A DNA stretch of 64,000 nucleotides. Source: Bdellovibrionales bacterium. Its GTDB lineage: Bacteria > Bdellovibrionota > UBA1018. Below the pieces are notes generated by a model, which saw only the letters and a program-made list of their open reading frames with translations, did not search any database and had not been told where the DNA came from. Numbering within the stretch: the stretch's first letter is position 1; the number at the start of each line of letters is the position of its first letter. The position numbers and the translations under genes are program-made. Shown piece after piece: positions 27,712 to 36,777 of the stretch. The stretch covers positions 67,479 through 131,478 of the forward strand of contig CANCQK010000008.1 in the NCBI GenBank assembly GCA_947380295.1, written 5' to 3'.

Positions 27712-28306
27712 AAATTTCAGTCCCCTCGATATGTCGATTGTAAAGGTCTGTGGTTCCTAGCAGTGCAGAAATGACGAGCGAAATCTCGTGTTTCGAACCA
27801 TCTTTCAGGTAAATGATTGTCTTTTCGGAGAGTCCCGAGGGAAAAAAATGGGCGTAAGCCATTCCTTCTTTTTGAGGCTCTGTGCTGATTGGACCTCTAA
27901 TTCCATCAAACTGCACGCCAGTGGGAAGTCCTACTTTTTTGCGGGTAATAGACTTGTCCATCGTAAAGGCTGAGCTAGATTCTTCTTTCCCGTTGAGCGA
28001 CATCTGAAACTTTTTTTTGTGGGCGGCTTTTTCTGCAGATTCCTTGGTGTCCAGGAGGAGTTGAGCTGGACCAGACTCGACCCAATAGGCTTTCTCCTTG
28101 AGGTCAAAGGCGACTCGATAAACTCGCCCTGAAATGACCGCTGCATTGTAAGTCTCCTTAATGCGACTCGCCAAATCTCTGGCCGTCGAATTAATTGAGA
28201 TCTGAAAAAAGCTCGAAATATTAGGTAATGCAATTGAGAACATCAAAACAATGATGCCCATTGCTACTAATATTTCGATCAAGGAGAATCCCTTAGAGTC
28301 TTTCAT
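27701..28306 (-). CDS. gspH: Type II secretion minor pseudopilin H.
   Basis: Prepilin N-terminus MKDSKGFSLIEILVAMGIIVLMFSIALPN. Start trimmed to ATG 28306; the longer ORF would overlap gspG by 80 nt. Confidence 0.65.
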   Translation of the reverse strand: MKDSKGFSLIEILVAMGIIVLMFSIALPNISSFFQISINSTARDLASRIKETYNAAVISGRVYRVAFDLKEKAYWVESGPAQLLLDTKESAEKAAHKKKFQMSLNGKEESSSAFTMDKSITRKKVGLPTGVQFDGIRGPISTEPQKEGMAYAHFFPSGLSEKTIIYLKDGSKHEISLVISALLGTTDLYNRHIEGTEIFGR

Positions 28307-28325
28307 CGAATGAAATCCGTCGACA

Positions 28326-28793
28326 TCAGTCAAGGTGATCTGAGTCGACCTCCTTTTTGAGTTTATTTTTAGCACCGTTAGAGCGAAGGAAATACTTTTG
28401 GCCATCCGAAGTGTATTCGTAGTCTTCGTTCCAAGGATCTAGAGGAAGTTTTTTACCTTGAATCAATCCGTCTGGATCAAAGTTTTTGCAATTGACTGAA
28501 GCAGGAGCGCTAATGAGGGATTGTAGGCCCTCTTCCGTCGTAGGGTAGCGTCCGCAGATTCTGCGGAAGTCATCGAGTACAACACCGAGTTGACGGATTT
28601 GCATCCGGGTCGAACTCACTTTAGCTTCATCGTACTTTTTGGACACATTGAGAGCCACCATACTCAAAATGAGTGACGCGATCCCCAAGACCACCATAAT
28701 TTCGATCAAGCTGAACCCTTTAGATTCTCCTAGTTCACGATTGAGCAAGAGTTTTTGCCAGATTTTTGTTTTCTTCATAAGTTTCTCCTTCAT
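28326..28793 (-). CDS. gspG: Type II secretion major pseudopilin G.
   Basis: KGFSLIEIMVVLGIASLILSMVALNV, followed by a conserved GspG body (RMQIRQLGVVLDDF...YPTTEEGLQSL). Confidence 0.85.
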   Translation of the reverse strand: MKEKLMKKTKIWQKLLLNRELGESKGFSLIEIMVVLGIASLILSMVALNVSKKYDEAKVSSTRMQIRQLGVVLDDFRRICGRYPTTEEGLQSLISAPASVNCKNFDPDGLIQGKKLPLDPWNEDYEYTSDGQKYFLRSNGAKNKLKKEVDSDHLD

Positions 28794-28796
28794 TAG

Positions 28797-30020
28797 TTAA
28801 CGCTGAGTTAAATTCATCATTTCCATCATCGGTGAGAACACCGATAAAACGACTACGCCTACCGAGAGGCCCATCCCTAAGATCATGAGTGGCTCAATCA
28901 GACTGGTGAGTGCATCAATCTGGGTATTGACTTGCTCTTCATAAGTCTCCGCAATGCTATTGAGCATTTCAGGGAGTTCTCCCGTTTTTTCGCCGATAGC
29001 AATCATATGCGTCATCATTGGTGGGAATTCGCCGCTTCTTCTAAGCGGGTCGGCAATCGACTGTCCCTCGGTGATGTTTTCTCGGGCAATAGTAATGGCA
29101 TTGGCAATCGGAACATTTCCTACCAGATTGCGGGCGATATTCATACTCGTTAAGATCGGCACTCCGCTATCTAAAAGGGTAGCCATGGTACTTGAAAATC
29201 GAGTGACAGCAACCATTCTCACTAGCTTTCCGGCTACTGGGAGTCTGAGTTTGAGAGCGTCCCATTTGGGCCGTCCTGTTTCAGAATTTGTGTATTTCTT
29301 AAAACTCCAGGCAATAAGTCCAATCCCGGATAGCCAAAGGTACCAATAATCAATGAGCGAGCCGCTCAGATTCATCATGAACAGCGTGGTCCCCGGGATG
29401 GGTTTATTGAGCGAGACAAAGATCCCGGTGAGTTTCGGAATCACGAACGTAAAGATCACCATCATGAGGATGAACGAGACACTCATCATGATGAGTGGAT
29501 AGGTCATTGCGCCGATCACCTTATTTCGAAGTCGCATCTGAGCTTCTTTGAGATCGGCCAGACGGATCAGAACTAGACTGAGCGTTCCCGAGCTTTCGCC
29601 AGCTTCAATCATATTTACAAAAATCGTATCGAAAACTTTTGGATGCGAACCTGTGGCCTTTGCCAAACTGGATCCTTCGTTTACGTCCTGTCGGACCTGC
29701 GAAAGGATTACTTTGAGTTTTTCATTCTCGGTCTGATCGACGAGTGCACCTAACGCCTCAACGAGCGGAATATTGGCTTTGACCAAGCTCGAAAGTTGAC
29801 GGGTCATAGCCGCGACTTCAGCTCCCTTGATGCCCCCGCCCAAAAAAGACAGGCTGTTTGGTCTTTCTTGGCGTAACGAGGACTTTTCGAGAATCTCAGT
29901 GATCATCAAGCCTTGCTTTTTGAGCTTTGCTCGAGCTGCCTTTTGGTTTTCGGCTTCGACAATGCCTTTTTGGGCTTTTCCGTTGGCCCCAAGGGCCTTG
30001 TAGTCGTATATCGGTGCCAT
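28797..30020 (-). CDS. gspF: Type II secretion inner-membrane platform protein F.
   Basis: 407 aa with two GspF repeats and three TM segments. Conserved blocks include AGESSGTL and LLDSGVPIL. Confidence 0.9.
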   Translation of the reverse strand: MAPIYDYKALGANGKAQKGIVEAENQKAARAKLKKQGLMITEILEKSSLRQERPNSLSFLGGGIKGAEVAAMTRQLSSLVKANIPLVEALGALVDQTENEKLKVILSQVRQDVNEGSSLAKATGSHPKVFDTIFVNMIEAGESSGTLSLVLIRLADLKEAQMRLRNKVIGAMTYPLIMMSVSFILMMVIFTFVIPKLTGIFVSLNKPIPGTTLFMMNLSGSLIDYWYLWLSGIGLIAWSFKKYTNSETGRPKWDALKLRLPVAGKLVRMVAVTRFSSTMATLLDSGVPILTSMNIARNLVGNVPIANAITIARENITEGQSIADPLRRSGEFPPMMTHMIAIGEKTGELPEMLNSIAETYEEQVNTQIDALTSLIEPLMILGMGLSVGVVVLSVFSPMMEMMNLTQR

Positions 30021-30022
30021 GC

Positions 30023-31747
30023 TTAGACCTCAGCGTGTGTAGCTCTCATGAGCTCATCGATCGTGGTTTTACCTTCTAAAACTTTGGTCACGCCGTCTTC
30101 ACGTAGGGTGGTCATTCCCGCTGCGACAGCAGCTTTTTTGATCGTCCCTGCATCGACGTTTTTAATGATTAGACTTCGGATTTCATCGTCGACTATCATG
30201 AGTTCATGAATGACGGTTCGCCCTGAGTAACCACTCTGCGCGCAGGATGGGCAGCCCACTGCTTTAAAAATTTGGGCATTGGCGGGGAGTTGGGTCAATG
30301 CAAGTTCCTGCATCTCGAAATCTGAGGGCTTGTGGGGCACACGACATTTGGTGCAGACCCGCCGAATCAAACGTTGAGCAACGATGCCGAGCACCGAGCT
30401 GGCGACTAGAAAAGGCTCCACTCCCATGTCGATCAGACGGGTAGCAGCGCCCGAGGCATCGTTGGTGTGAAGAGTGGATAGCACTAAGTGACCGGTCAGT
30501 GAGGCGTTAATCGCAATTTCTGCAGTCTCTTTATCTCGGATTTCCCCGACCATGATGATGTCCGGGTTTTGCCGCAAAAAGGCTCTCAATGCGCGGGCAA
30601 ACGTAAGTTCGATTTTAGCATTCACTTGGACTTGGTTGATGCCGGGAATCTGATACTCAATTGGGTCCTCGACCGTCATGATATTTCGGGTGGGGCTGTT
30701 GAGTTTAACGAGGCAGGACGAGAGAGTAGTAGACTTTCCACTTCCAGTGGGTCCTGTGACGAGGATAATTCCGTATTTTCTGAAAATGAGTTTCTCGACG
30801 GCTTTTGCGCTTTGATCAGAAAATCCAAGTTGCTCAAGCTGCAAAACGGTTCCCGTTTGCTCGAGAATACGCATGACAAGACGCTCACCGAAATTAGTCG
30901 GCACGGTCGACAAACGGATGTCGACGTCTTTTCCTGCTATTTTGATTTTAATTCGTCCGTCCTGAGGGAGTCGTTTTTCAGCAATATCAAGAGTGCCCAT
31001 GACCTTAACACGGGAGGCGATTGCTGCATGGGCCCGCTTGGGCTGACGGATAATATCGTAGAGGATGCCGTCAATTCGAAATCGCACGACAAATTCTTTT
31101 TCGAATGGCTCGATATGAATATCGGACGCCTTTTCTTTTACGGCTCGAAAAAGTAGAGAGTTCACGAATTTGATGACAGGAGCATCGTCTTCGGTTGCTT
31201 CGAGAATGTCGATGGGTCCTTCTAGATCATAGGATTCATCAAACTCACCGCTGATATTATCTACGATATTTGAGGTATTTTTTTCGTAAACTCGGTTGAT
31301 GGCGTCTTGGATGCGCATGCTTGAACTGGCCATCAGTCTAATGTTCGAGCCGGTGAGGACTCGAAGGTCTTCGGCCAATGATGGATCAAACGGGTTAGAG
31401 ACTACAACCGTCAAAACGTCTCCCCTGGGGCCTGACTCTTTAGAGAGTGGGATGAGCTCTTTTGCCTTGGCGTAATTAATGGGGATCTGATCAACCAGGG
31501 TTGGTGGGATGTCACTTGATTTGAAATCCTCTAAAAACGGGATTCCAATTTGGGCACAGAGAACTCGTGTCAGATCCAGTTGAGAAATTAAACTTCGTCG
31601 AAGTAAAATCTCACCCAGAAGTCCTCCCTCTTGTTTTTGAATTTCTAAGGCTTCTTTTAGCTGCTCGGCCTTCAAAGGTGTGAGCTTCAGGAGAAGGTCT
31701 CCGAGCTTGGGTGAGTAGTCTATTAAGCGAGAGGCATTAATATTCAT
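30023..31747 (-). CDS. gspE: Type II secretion ATPase E.
   Basis: Walker A is GPTGSGKSTT, and His box and Asp box regions are present. Tetracysteine Zn motif: CTKCRVPH...CPSC. N1/N2 domains are present. 574 aa. Confidence 0.9.
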   Translation of the reverse strand: MNINASRLIDYSPKLGDLLLKLTPLKAEQLKEALEIQKQEGGLLGEILLRRSLISQLDLTRVLCAQIGIPFLEDFKSSDIPPTLVDQIPINYAKAKELIPLSKESGPRGDVLTVVVSNPFDPSLAEDLRVLTGSNIRLMASSSMRIQDAINRVYEKNTSNIVDNISGEFDESYDLEGPIDILEATEDDAPVIKFVNSLLFRAVKEKASDIHIEPFEKEFVVRFRIDGILYDIIRQPKRAHAAIASRVKVMGTLDIAEKRLPQDGRIKIKIAGKDVDIRLSTVPTNFGERLVMRILEQTGTVLQLEQLGFSDQSAKAVEKLIFRKYGIILVTGPTGSGKSTTLSSCLVKLNSPTRNIMTVEDPIEYQIPGINQVQVNAKIELTFARALRAFLRQNPDIIMVGEIRDKETAEIAINASLTGHLVLSTLHTNDASGAATRLIDMGVEPFLVASSVLGIVAQRLIRRVCTKCRVPHKPSDFEMQELALTQLPANAQIFKAVGCPSCAQSGYSGRTVIHELMIVDDEIRSLIIKNVDAGTIKKAAVAAGMTTLREDGVTKVLEGKTTIDELMRATHAEV

Positions 31748-31749
31748 AT

Positions 31750-34593
31750 CTAACTTCTCCCTGCGGGTGCCTCAGGGGTAGGCGCTGGAACCGGTTTCAT
31801 GAGTTCCTGCGGAGTCGGGGTTGTGCCCGATGGGTTGGCGGCCGGAGCCGCAGTTGGAGTTGCAGCGGGAGCTGCAACTGGGGCCGGGCTCATCTCTTCG
31901 AGTTTGCCCGCGCCGGAGGGCTTAAGTTCGGTCACTTGAGAGGGGACAACTGGAGTTGCGGTTCCCGTGGGTGAGGTGCTAGTTGACGGTGGCTGACTCT
32001 GAGGTTTTTCTTTCTCGCCAGCGGGCGATACTGCGCTGACTGGAGCGATCTCCTTGGCAGCTGGTTGGGTCACAGGCTTTTCGTCATCGAGGCCATCCGT
32101 AGTCGGTGGGCGTTTGTGCTTGAGCTCCTGTGGGTCAGGTAACGATCTAATAATGCGGTCACGTTCATAACGGAGAGGATCTACTCCGCCAGTATTTGTC
32201 TCTAGAAATTCGTCTCGCTCTTTCAGCTTTTTATCTAAAATCGCTCTTACCTTTTCGTATTGTCGGACAATGTGCGGTGTCATTAAAATTACCAAATTCC
32301 GCTTTTCAACTTTGGTTGATTTAGCTTTAAACAACCAGCCTAGAATCGGAATATCTCCTAAAAGTGGAATCTTCGTGGTTTGCTCAGAAGAACGATCACG
32401 TACTAAACCACCCAATGCGACTGTGTCTGAGTCGCCCACTAAGACCGTAGTTTGAGCATTTCTTTCGGTCGTCCCAACGGCAATATTTTGCAACTGTAAG
32501 GGAACATTTGAGTTATCAATATCAGAAAGTTTGACTGTAATGTCCATCTTAACGAAATTAATAATCTTGTTGATCTGCGGCTTAATTTTGATGGAAGTCG
32601 TCACGTTGTTTGGAGCGCCTGGAGTGACGGTTAAAGCTGATCCTTGAACTGCTGACGCACTTTGGGTTGGGATTTTCTCGGTCGATTCAAAGGTCGCTTC
32701 GGTATTGTCCAGCGCAATAATCTGTGGTGTGGCCAAAACGCTCATGTGCTGGTTGTCTTGGGAGGCTTTAATCATTGCAAAAGCAGAGGGCACGTTGGTC
32801 AGTGTCTGCCCTCCAGAGGTAAAGGTCGTGGAAGGGCCTAGGGGTAGGGTAATGAGTCCACCTGTATTTCCTAAAATCCCTAAAATCCCGTTATTCAGAA
32901 AGCCTAAGTCTTTTCCTCCGCCTGGTGTGGAGCCTAGAAAAGCATTGGGTGCAGCTGCATTTGCCGAGAAGTTAAATCCGCGATTCATGGAAACTTCCAT
33001 GAGAACGACTTCGACGTAAACTTGATCTCGCTGAATATCGAGTTGGTTGATGACTCGTTGAACCGTGACAAAATCTGACGGCGAGGCAGTAATGACGAGA
33101 GAGTTGGTTGCTTTATCTGCCGAAATCTTAATGCTGCCTTCAAAGAGAGATCCTGCAATCGGGTTGGAGCCAGTGCCTCCCGCTCCCCCAGGCATCCCGC
33201 CGGAGGCCTTTGTTTGCGTGGAAAAGTTATTCAACGTGTTTGCGACTTGCTCAGCATCAGCGAACGAGAGGTAGACGACTCGGACTTTTCCGCCGCCGAG
33301 TGAGGTCGGTACCTTGAGGTCAAGCTTAGCAACGAGTTCTCGAACTTGATCAGTTCCCTTCACGTTCGCGTGGACGATGAGAGTGTTGGTTCTCTCGTCA
33401 GCGATGATGGTATTAATAATCCCACCCTCTTTGGTTCGGCGGGCATTAAACCTGCCGCCACCCAGGCGAGGCATTCCTGGAGGGCCTCCGGGGCCGCCTC
33501 CCGTGCCTGCTGCCGTACCGGGGATGAGGGTGTCGATGAGTTTTGAAAGCTCTGCTGCTGATGCGAATTTAACTGGAATGACTTCGATCCCTGCGTCGAA
33601 GCCTTCTACGTCGAGTAACTCGAGGAGTTTTGCAAGTCGAGAAATATTGGAACCCGTGTCGGTGACGATGACTGTGTTGGTTTGTTCGTAGGGGATAATT
33701 CTTGAAGTGGCAGGAACGATATTTCTGAAGGTTCGAGCAACTTCTTCAGCACTGATATATTTTAAAGAAAATACTCGAGTAATCAGCGCGTCTGTATCTG
33801 GAGAGGAGTCTCCGGTGTAGGTCTTAATCTGTTTGTCTCTTGCGTCGCGCTGCTTTGCGATTCGGAGATAGGCTCCCGATGGAACGAGAGCGAGTCCATT
33901 GACATCCAGGGCGGTGAGGAAAAGCTTCCAAGCCTGTGAAACTGTAATGGGTGAGTTGGTAATAATGCTGACTTTGCCCTTGATTTCTTTATCGAGGACG
34001 AAGTTTTTTCCGGTCAGTTTGCCCAAGGTTTTAGCTAAATCGAGAATGTCGGCATCTGGGAAATTAAAGTCGGTGACCATTTCCTTGCTGCCCTCAGCTG
34101 ATTCGTCATCAATTTTCAGTGCGGGGACTAAATTGCTCGAGATGACTCCGTTTGCGGGTTGACCACCAATGGAAATTCCCTTTGAGGTTCGAATAGGATC
34201 AGATCCTTCGCTTTGGGTCATGCCGCCCGCTGAAACTGCTCCAGCCCCTGCGGGTCGTTGAGGGTTGCTAGCTCGTTGATTTGCCCCGGTCGGGCGGGCA
34301 GCAGAAGGGTGAGTCGGACGAGTGAAAAAATCGTCGTCTTCCCCGTCGTCATCTTCGTCGTCAAAGTAAGGGGAGGGAGCATTTCGAGCGTGCCCGCTTA
34401 AATCTGCTGGCGTCCTGTTCGACGGGTCTGCAACAGCCCCTGTTGGATTCACATTGGGATTAAGCCCTGAAGGGAGATTTGGGCGTTGTAAGGGATCAGC
34501 CGAAACAAGAGTCAGGTTTGCAATGAGAATGGTCTCGGTGAGAAGCCCGATCCAGCAAATTGACTTTTTTCTAGCTCTCAAATTTGGGTACAT
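31750..34593 (-). CDS. gspD: Type II secretion outer-membrane secretin D with a long Pro/Ala/Thr-rich C-terminal tail.
   Basis: The secretin core carries the conserved block VLVGDSDTVALGGLVRDRSSEQTTKIPLLGDIPILGWLFK. N0-N3 domains are present. 947 aa, including an unusual C-terminal low-complexity extension of roughly 170 aa. Confidence 0.9.
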   Translation of the reverse strand: MYPNLRARKKSICWIGLLTETILIANLTLVSADPLQRPNLPSGLNPNVNPTGAVADPSNRTPADLSGHARNAPSPYFDDEDDDGEDDDFFTRPTHPSAARPTGANQRASNPQRPAGAGAVSAGGMTQSEGSDPIRTSKGISIGGQPANGVISSNLVPALKIDDESAEGSKEMVTDFNFPDADILDLAKTLGKLTGKNFVLDKEIKGKVSIITNSPITVSQAWKLFLTALDVNGLALVPSGAYLRIAKQRDARDKQIKTYTGDSSPDTDALITRVFSLKYISAEEVARTFRNIVPATSRIIPYEQTNTVIVTDTGSNISRLAKLLELLDVEGFDAGIEVIPVKFASAAELSKLIDTLIPGTAAGTGGGPGGPPGMPRLGGGRFNARRTKEGGIINTIIADERTNTLIVHANVKGTDQVRELVAKLDLKVPTSLGGGKVRVVYLSFADAEQVANTLNNFSTQTKASGGMPGGAGGTGSNPIAGSLFEGSIKISADKATNSLVITASPSDFVTVQRVINQLDIQRDQVYVEVVLMEVSMNRGFNFSANAAAPNAFLGSTPGGGKDLGFLNNGILGILGNTGGLITLPLGPSTTFTSGGQTLTNVPSAFAMIKASQDNQHMSVLATPQIIALDNTEATFESTEKIPTQSASAVQGSALTVTPGAPNNVTTSIKIKPQINKIINFVKMDITVKLSDIDNSNVPLQLQNIAVGTTERNAQTTVLVGDSDTVALGGLVRDRSSEQTTKIPLLGDIPILGWLFKAKSTKVEKRNLVILMTPHIVRQYEKVRAILDKKLKERDEFLETNTGGVDPLRYERDRIIRSLPDPQELKHKRPPTTDGLDDEKPVTQPAAKEIAPVSAVSPAGEKEKPQSQPPSTSTSPTGTATPVVPSQVTELKPSGAGKLEEMSPAPVAAPAATPTAAPAANPSGTTPTPQELMKPVPAPTPEAPAGRS

Positions 34594-34605
34594 AAAGTTC
34601 TCTCG

Positions 34606-35697
34606 TTAGGGGTGAATATCGTAAACGTAATTCAGCTGTTTTCCGTTTTTCTTGATCTGTAATTCCATGTGATTCGAGTTTTTTAATTCATTGAACAGCT
34701 CAAAGGCTTTTCCCGGGTCGTTGATGAGCTGACCATTCACTCCCGAGATGACGTCCCCATTTTGAATGCCCAGCTTGTCATACAAGCTGCCTGGAATGAT
34801 TTGAGTAATCTTAAATCCGGCAGGTAAGCCCCCGTCGTCAGAGGCCGGTTCTGCTCGGGCATCAGTGAGGAGCTTATTAAAGTTAGCTAAGGCTCGATCA
34901 ACTTCGCCTCTCGGAACGCTAAATTGGCTAGGAGCAAGGCGCTCGATCGCAGTATTTCCGCCTCCACCGCCCATACCGCCTCCGCCAACTCGAGTGGGAA
35001 GGCGCGGGCCATCTAGATCTTCTGGGAGTTCGACGTATTCTTTTCGTCCGGACATCTTGTTGATGAAAATGACCCGACGGGATTCGATAGTTTGGACCTT
35101 GAGCTTACCGGGTACCTCGTCATCGATACCAACGGGGTAAATTTGCGAGGCTGACTTATCCTCGATCGTTGCTAAAGAGTGGAGAGGGTTAGACATAATC
35201 AGGGTCCCGATTAAGTTCAGAGGGAGTGTGGTTTTTACAGGGATTGCGTTGGGGTCTGCTCCACCTCCTGGGTCTTCTTCGCCCGGAGTGAGTCCTTTGC
35301 TGCTAAAAAGGTTTCTGGCCACTACAGCGGGATAGTCCGAGCTCTGGCGGCCCTGAGTGGTTGATGAGGTCAGTTTGGGTTTGGGGCTGTTCGTAGAGGG
35401 GCTGGGGAGGTAGTCTCCAATGATTAGGGCTGAGAGGTCCGCTAAAAAGTAGCTGCAGACCATAATCGTTCCTAATTTTCCGTAAAATGCAAAACTACTG
35501 TCTTGAGCGAGCTTCGAGATCCAGTCTACGAACTTTTGCAGGTCGAGACTTTGAGCTCTGCTTGCTAAATCTTTCCAGTTGATTTTGGATCCTAGTCCAG
35601 ACGCGGATTGGGTCAGACTCGAAAATAGATTCGAGCTGAATTTCTCGCGAAAGCGGGACCATCGATTCTGAGGTTCAAATTCATTACTCATGAGCAA
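34606..35697 (-). CDS. gspC: Type II secretion protein C (TM, HR domain, C-terminal PDZ).
   Basis: N-terminal TM (IMVCSYFLADLSALIIG). C-terminal PDZ-like domain (GFKITQIIPGSLYDKLGIQNGDVISGVNGQLINDPGKAFELF). First gene of the operon. Confidence 0.6.
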   Translation of the reverse strand: MLMSNEFEPQNRWSRFREKFSSNLFSSLTQSASGLGSKINWKDLASRAQSLDLQKFVDWISKLAQDSSFAFYGKLGTIMVCSYFLADLSALIIGDYLPSPSTNSPKPKLTSSTTQGRQSSDYPAVVARNLFSSKGLTPGEEDPGGGADPNAIPVKTTLPLNLIGTLIMSNPLHSLATIEDKSASQIYPVGIDDEVPGKLKVQTIESRRVIFINKMSGRKEYVELPEDLDGPRLPTRVGGGGMGGGGGNTAIERLAPSQFSVPRGEVDRALANFNKLLTDARAEPASDDGGLPAGFKITQIIPGSLYDKLGIQNGDVISGVNGQLINDPGKAFELFNELKNSNHMELQIKKNGKQLNYVYDIHP

Positions 35698-35854
35698 CCT
35701 ACCTATGACGCAAGATCAATGCCAAGGGGCAGAAAATTCCATATCAGTTTGAGGAGAGCAACTATTCAAAAAAAACTGAATCATTTCAACTACAAATCGA
35801 CGGCGATTGAGTTTTAATGTGTATCTAAGTCATCGGGTAATAGGCTCTGCGCGA

Positions 35855-35907
35855 GACAAATTGTCGAGTTTAGATTTTTGAAACGGACTGGGCTGGACAA
35901 TTTGTCC
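35855..35907. promoter_or_regulatory. Two copies of the palindromic site GACAA-N-TTGTC, 30 bp apart, in the gspC / carD divergent intergenic region.
   Basis: GACAAATTGTC at 35855..35865, and GGACAATTTGTCC at 35895..35907. This looks like an operator for a dimeric regulator. Confidence 0.3.
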
Positions 35908-36147
35908 ATTTTTTCGGGGGTCAGTTTTTCAGGTAAGACTCTAGATTAAAGCCTTCGCCGAGCGAGGGGTTACCTCTGTTTCCTCGCTTGAATCCAGGTT
36001 AAAGTCCGGAGGAAATTGACTTTTTCTTAAATTATTGATAGTCTTTGGCGGGTCAAAATTCTAGCTCCCCCTGAGAAGCGTATTGATGAAGATGGTTCTA
36101 GAGCGGCTTCTTTGGAAACTAGAGTGGGTCGTTGGAGGTAATACAGC

Positions 36148-36630
36148 ATGTTCAAAGTCGGTGACAGTGCGGTTTATCCTGCTCATGGTCTCGCCGTTAT
36201 TAAGCGGATCGAGGAAAAAGACGTTGGTGGGAAGAAGAAGAAATTTTACGTTTTACAAGTCGTCGATAATCAAATGACGATTATGGTGCCTACGGATAAC
36301 GTAGGATCTGTGGGACTTCGAGAAATTATCTCAAATCAAGATGTGAAAGCAGTTTATGACATCCTGAGAGAGCGTAATGTAAAAATCGATCAAACGACTT
36401 GGAATCGTCGTTATCGAGAGTACATGGAAAAAATCAAAACAGGCTCTATTTTTGAAATTGCAGAAGTTCTTAGGAATCTATTTCTTTTACGTCATAGTAA
36501 AGATCTCTCGTTTGGTGAGAGAAAAATGCTGGATCAAGCTAAACACTTGCTCGTAAAAGAGATTTCTCTCGCTAAAAAAGCAAAAGAAGAAGTGATCGAA
36601 CAAGAAATTCAAACGATTTTTGCTTCATAA
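36148..36630 (+). CDS. carD: CarD/CdnL-family RNA-polymerase-binding transcription factor.
   Basis: 160 aa. The N-terminal RNAP-interacting Tudor-like domain reads MFKVGDSAVYPAHGLAVIKRIEEKDVGG. The CarD C-terminal helical domain is present. Confidence 0.8.
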   Translation: MFKVGDSAVYPAHGLAVIKRIEEKDVGGKKKKFYVLQVVDNQMTIMVPTDNVGSVGLREIISNQDVKAVYDILRERNVKIDQTTWNRRYREYMEKIKTGSIFEIAEVLRNLFLLRHSKDLSFGERKMLDQAKHLLVKEISLAKKAKEEVIEQEIQTIFAS

Positions 36631-36777
36631 ATTCACTTGGTCTCTGCCGCGAAATAGGGATTTTGACTTTAGGCAAAAGCCTCATTTTACACGTGGTCAA
36701 AGCAGACTTTTGAGTAAAAATTGACAAAGCCCAAAGGCAAAATCTAGGTTCGCATTGGAAAGGTAGGGTCTACATCT

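Noticed and set aside
30569-31156. 195-aa plus-strand ORF.
   Set aside because: Antisense to gspE, which has unmistakable secretion-ATPase motifs.
36720-36760. Candidate gltX promoter: TTGACA at 36720, then TAGGTT after about 18 bp.
   Set aside because: The -10 match is weak (TAGGTT) and the spacing is ambiguous, so I did not list it as a feature.
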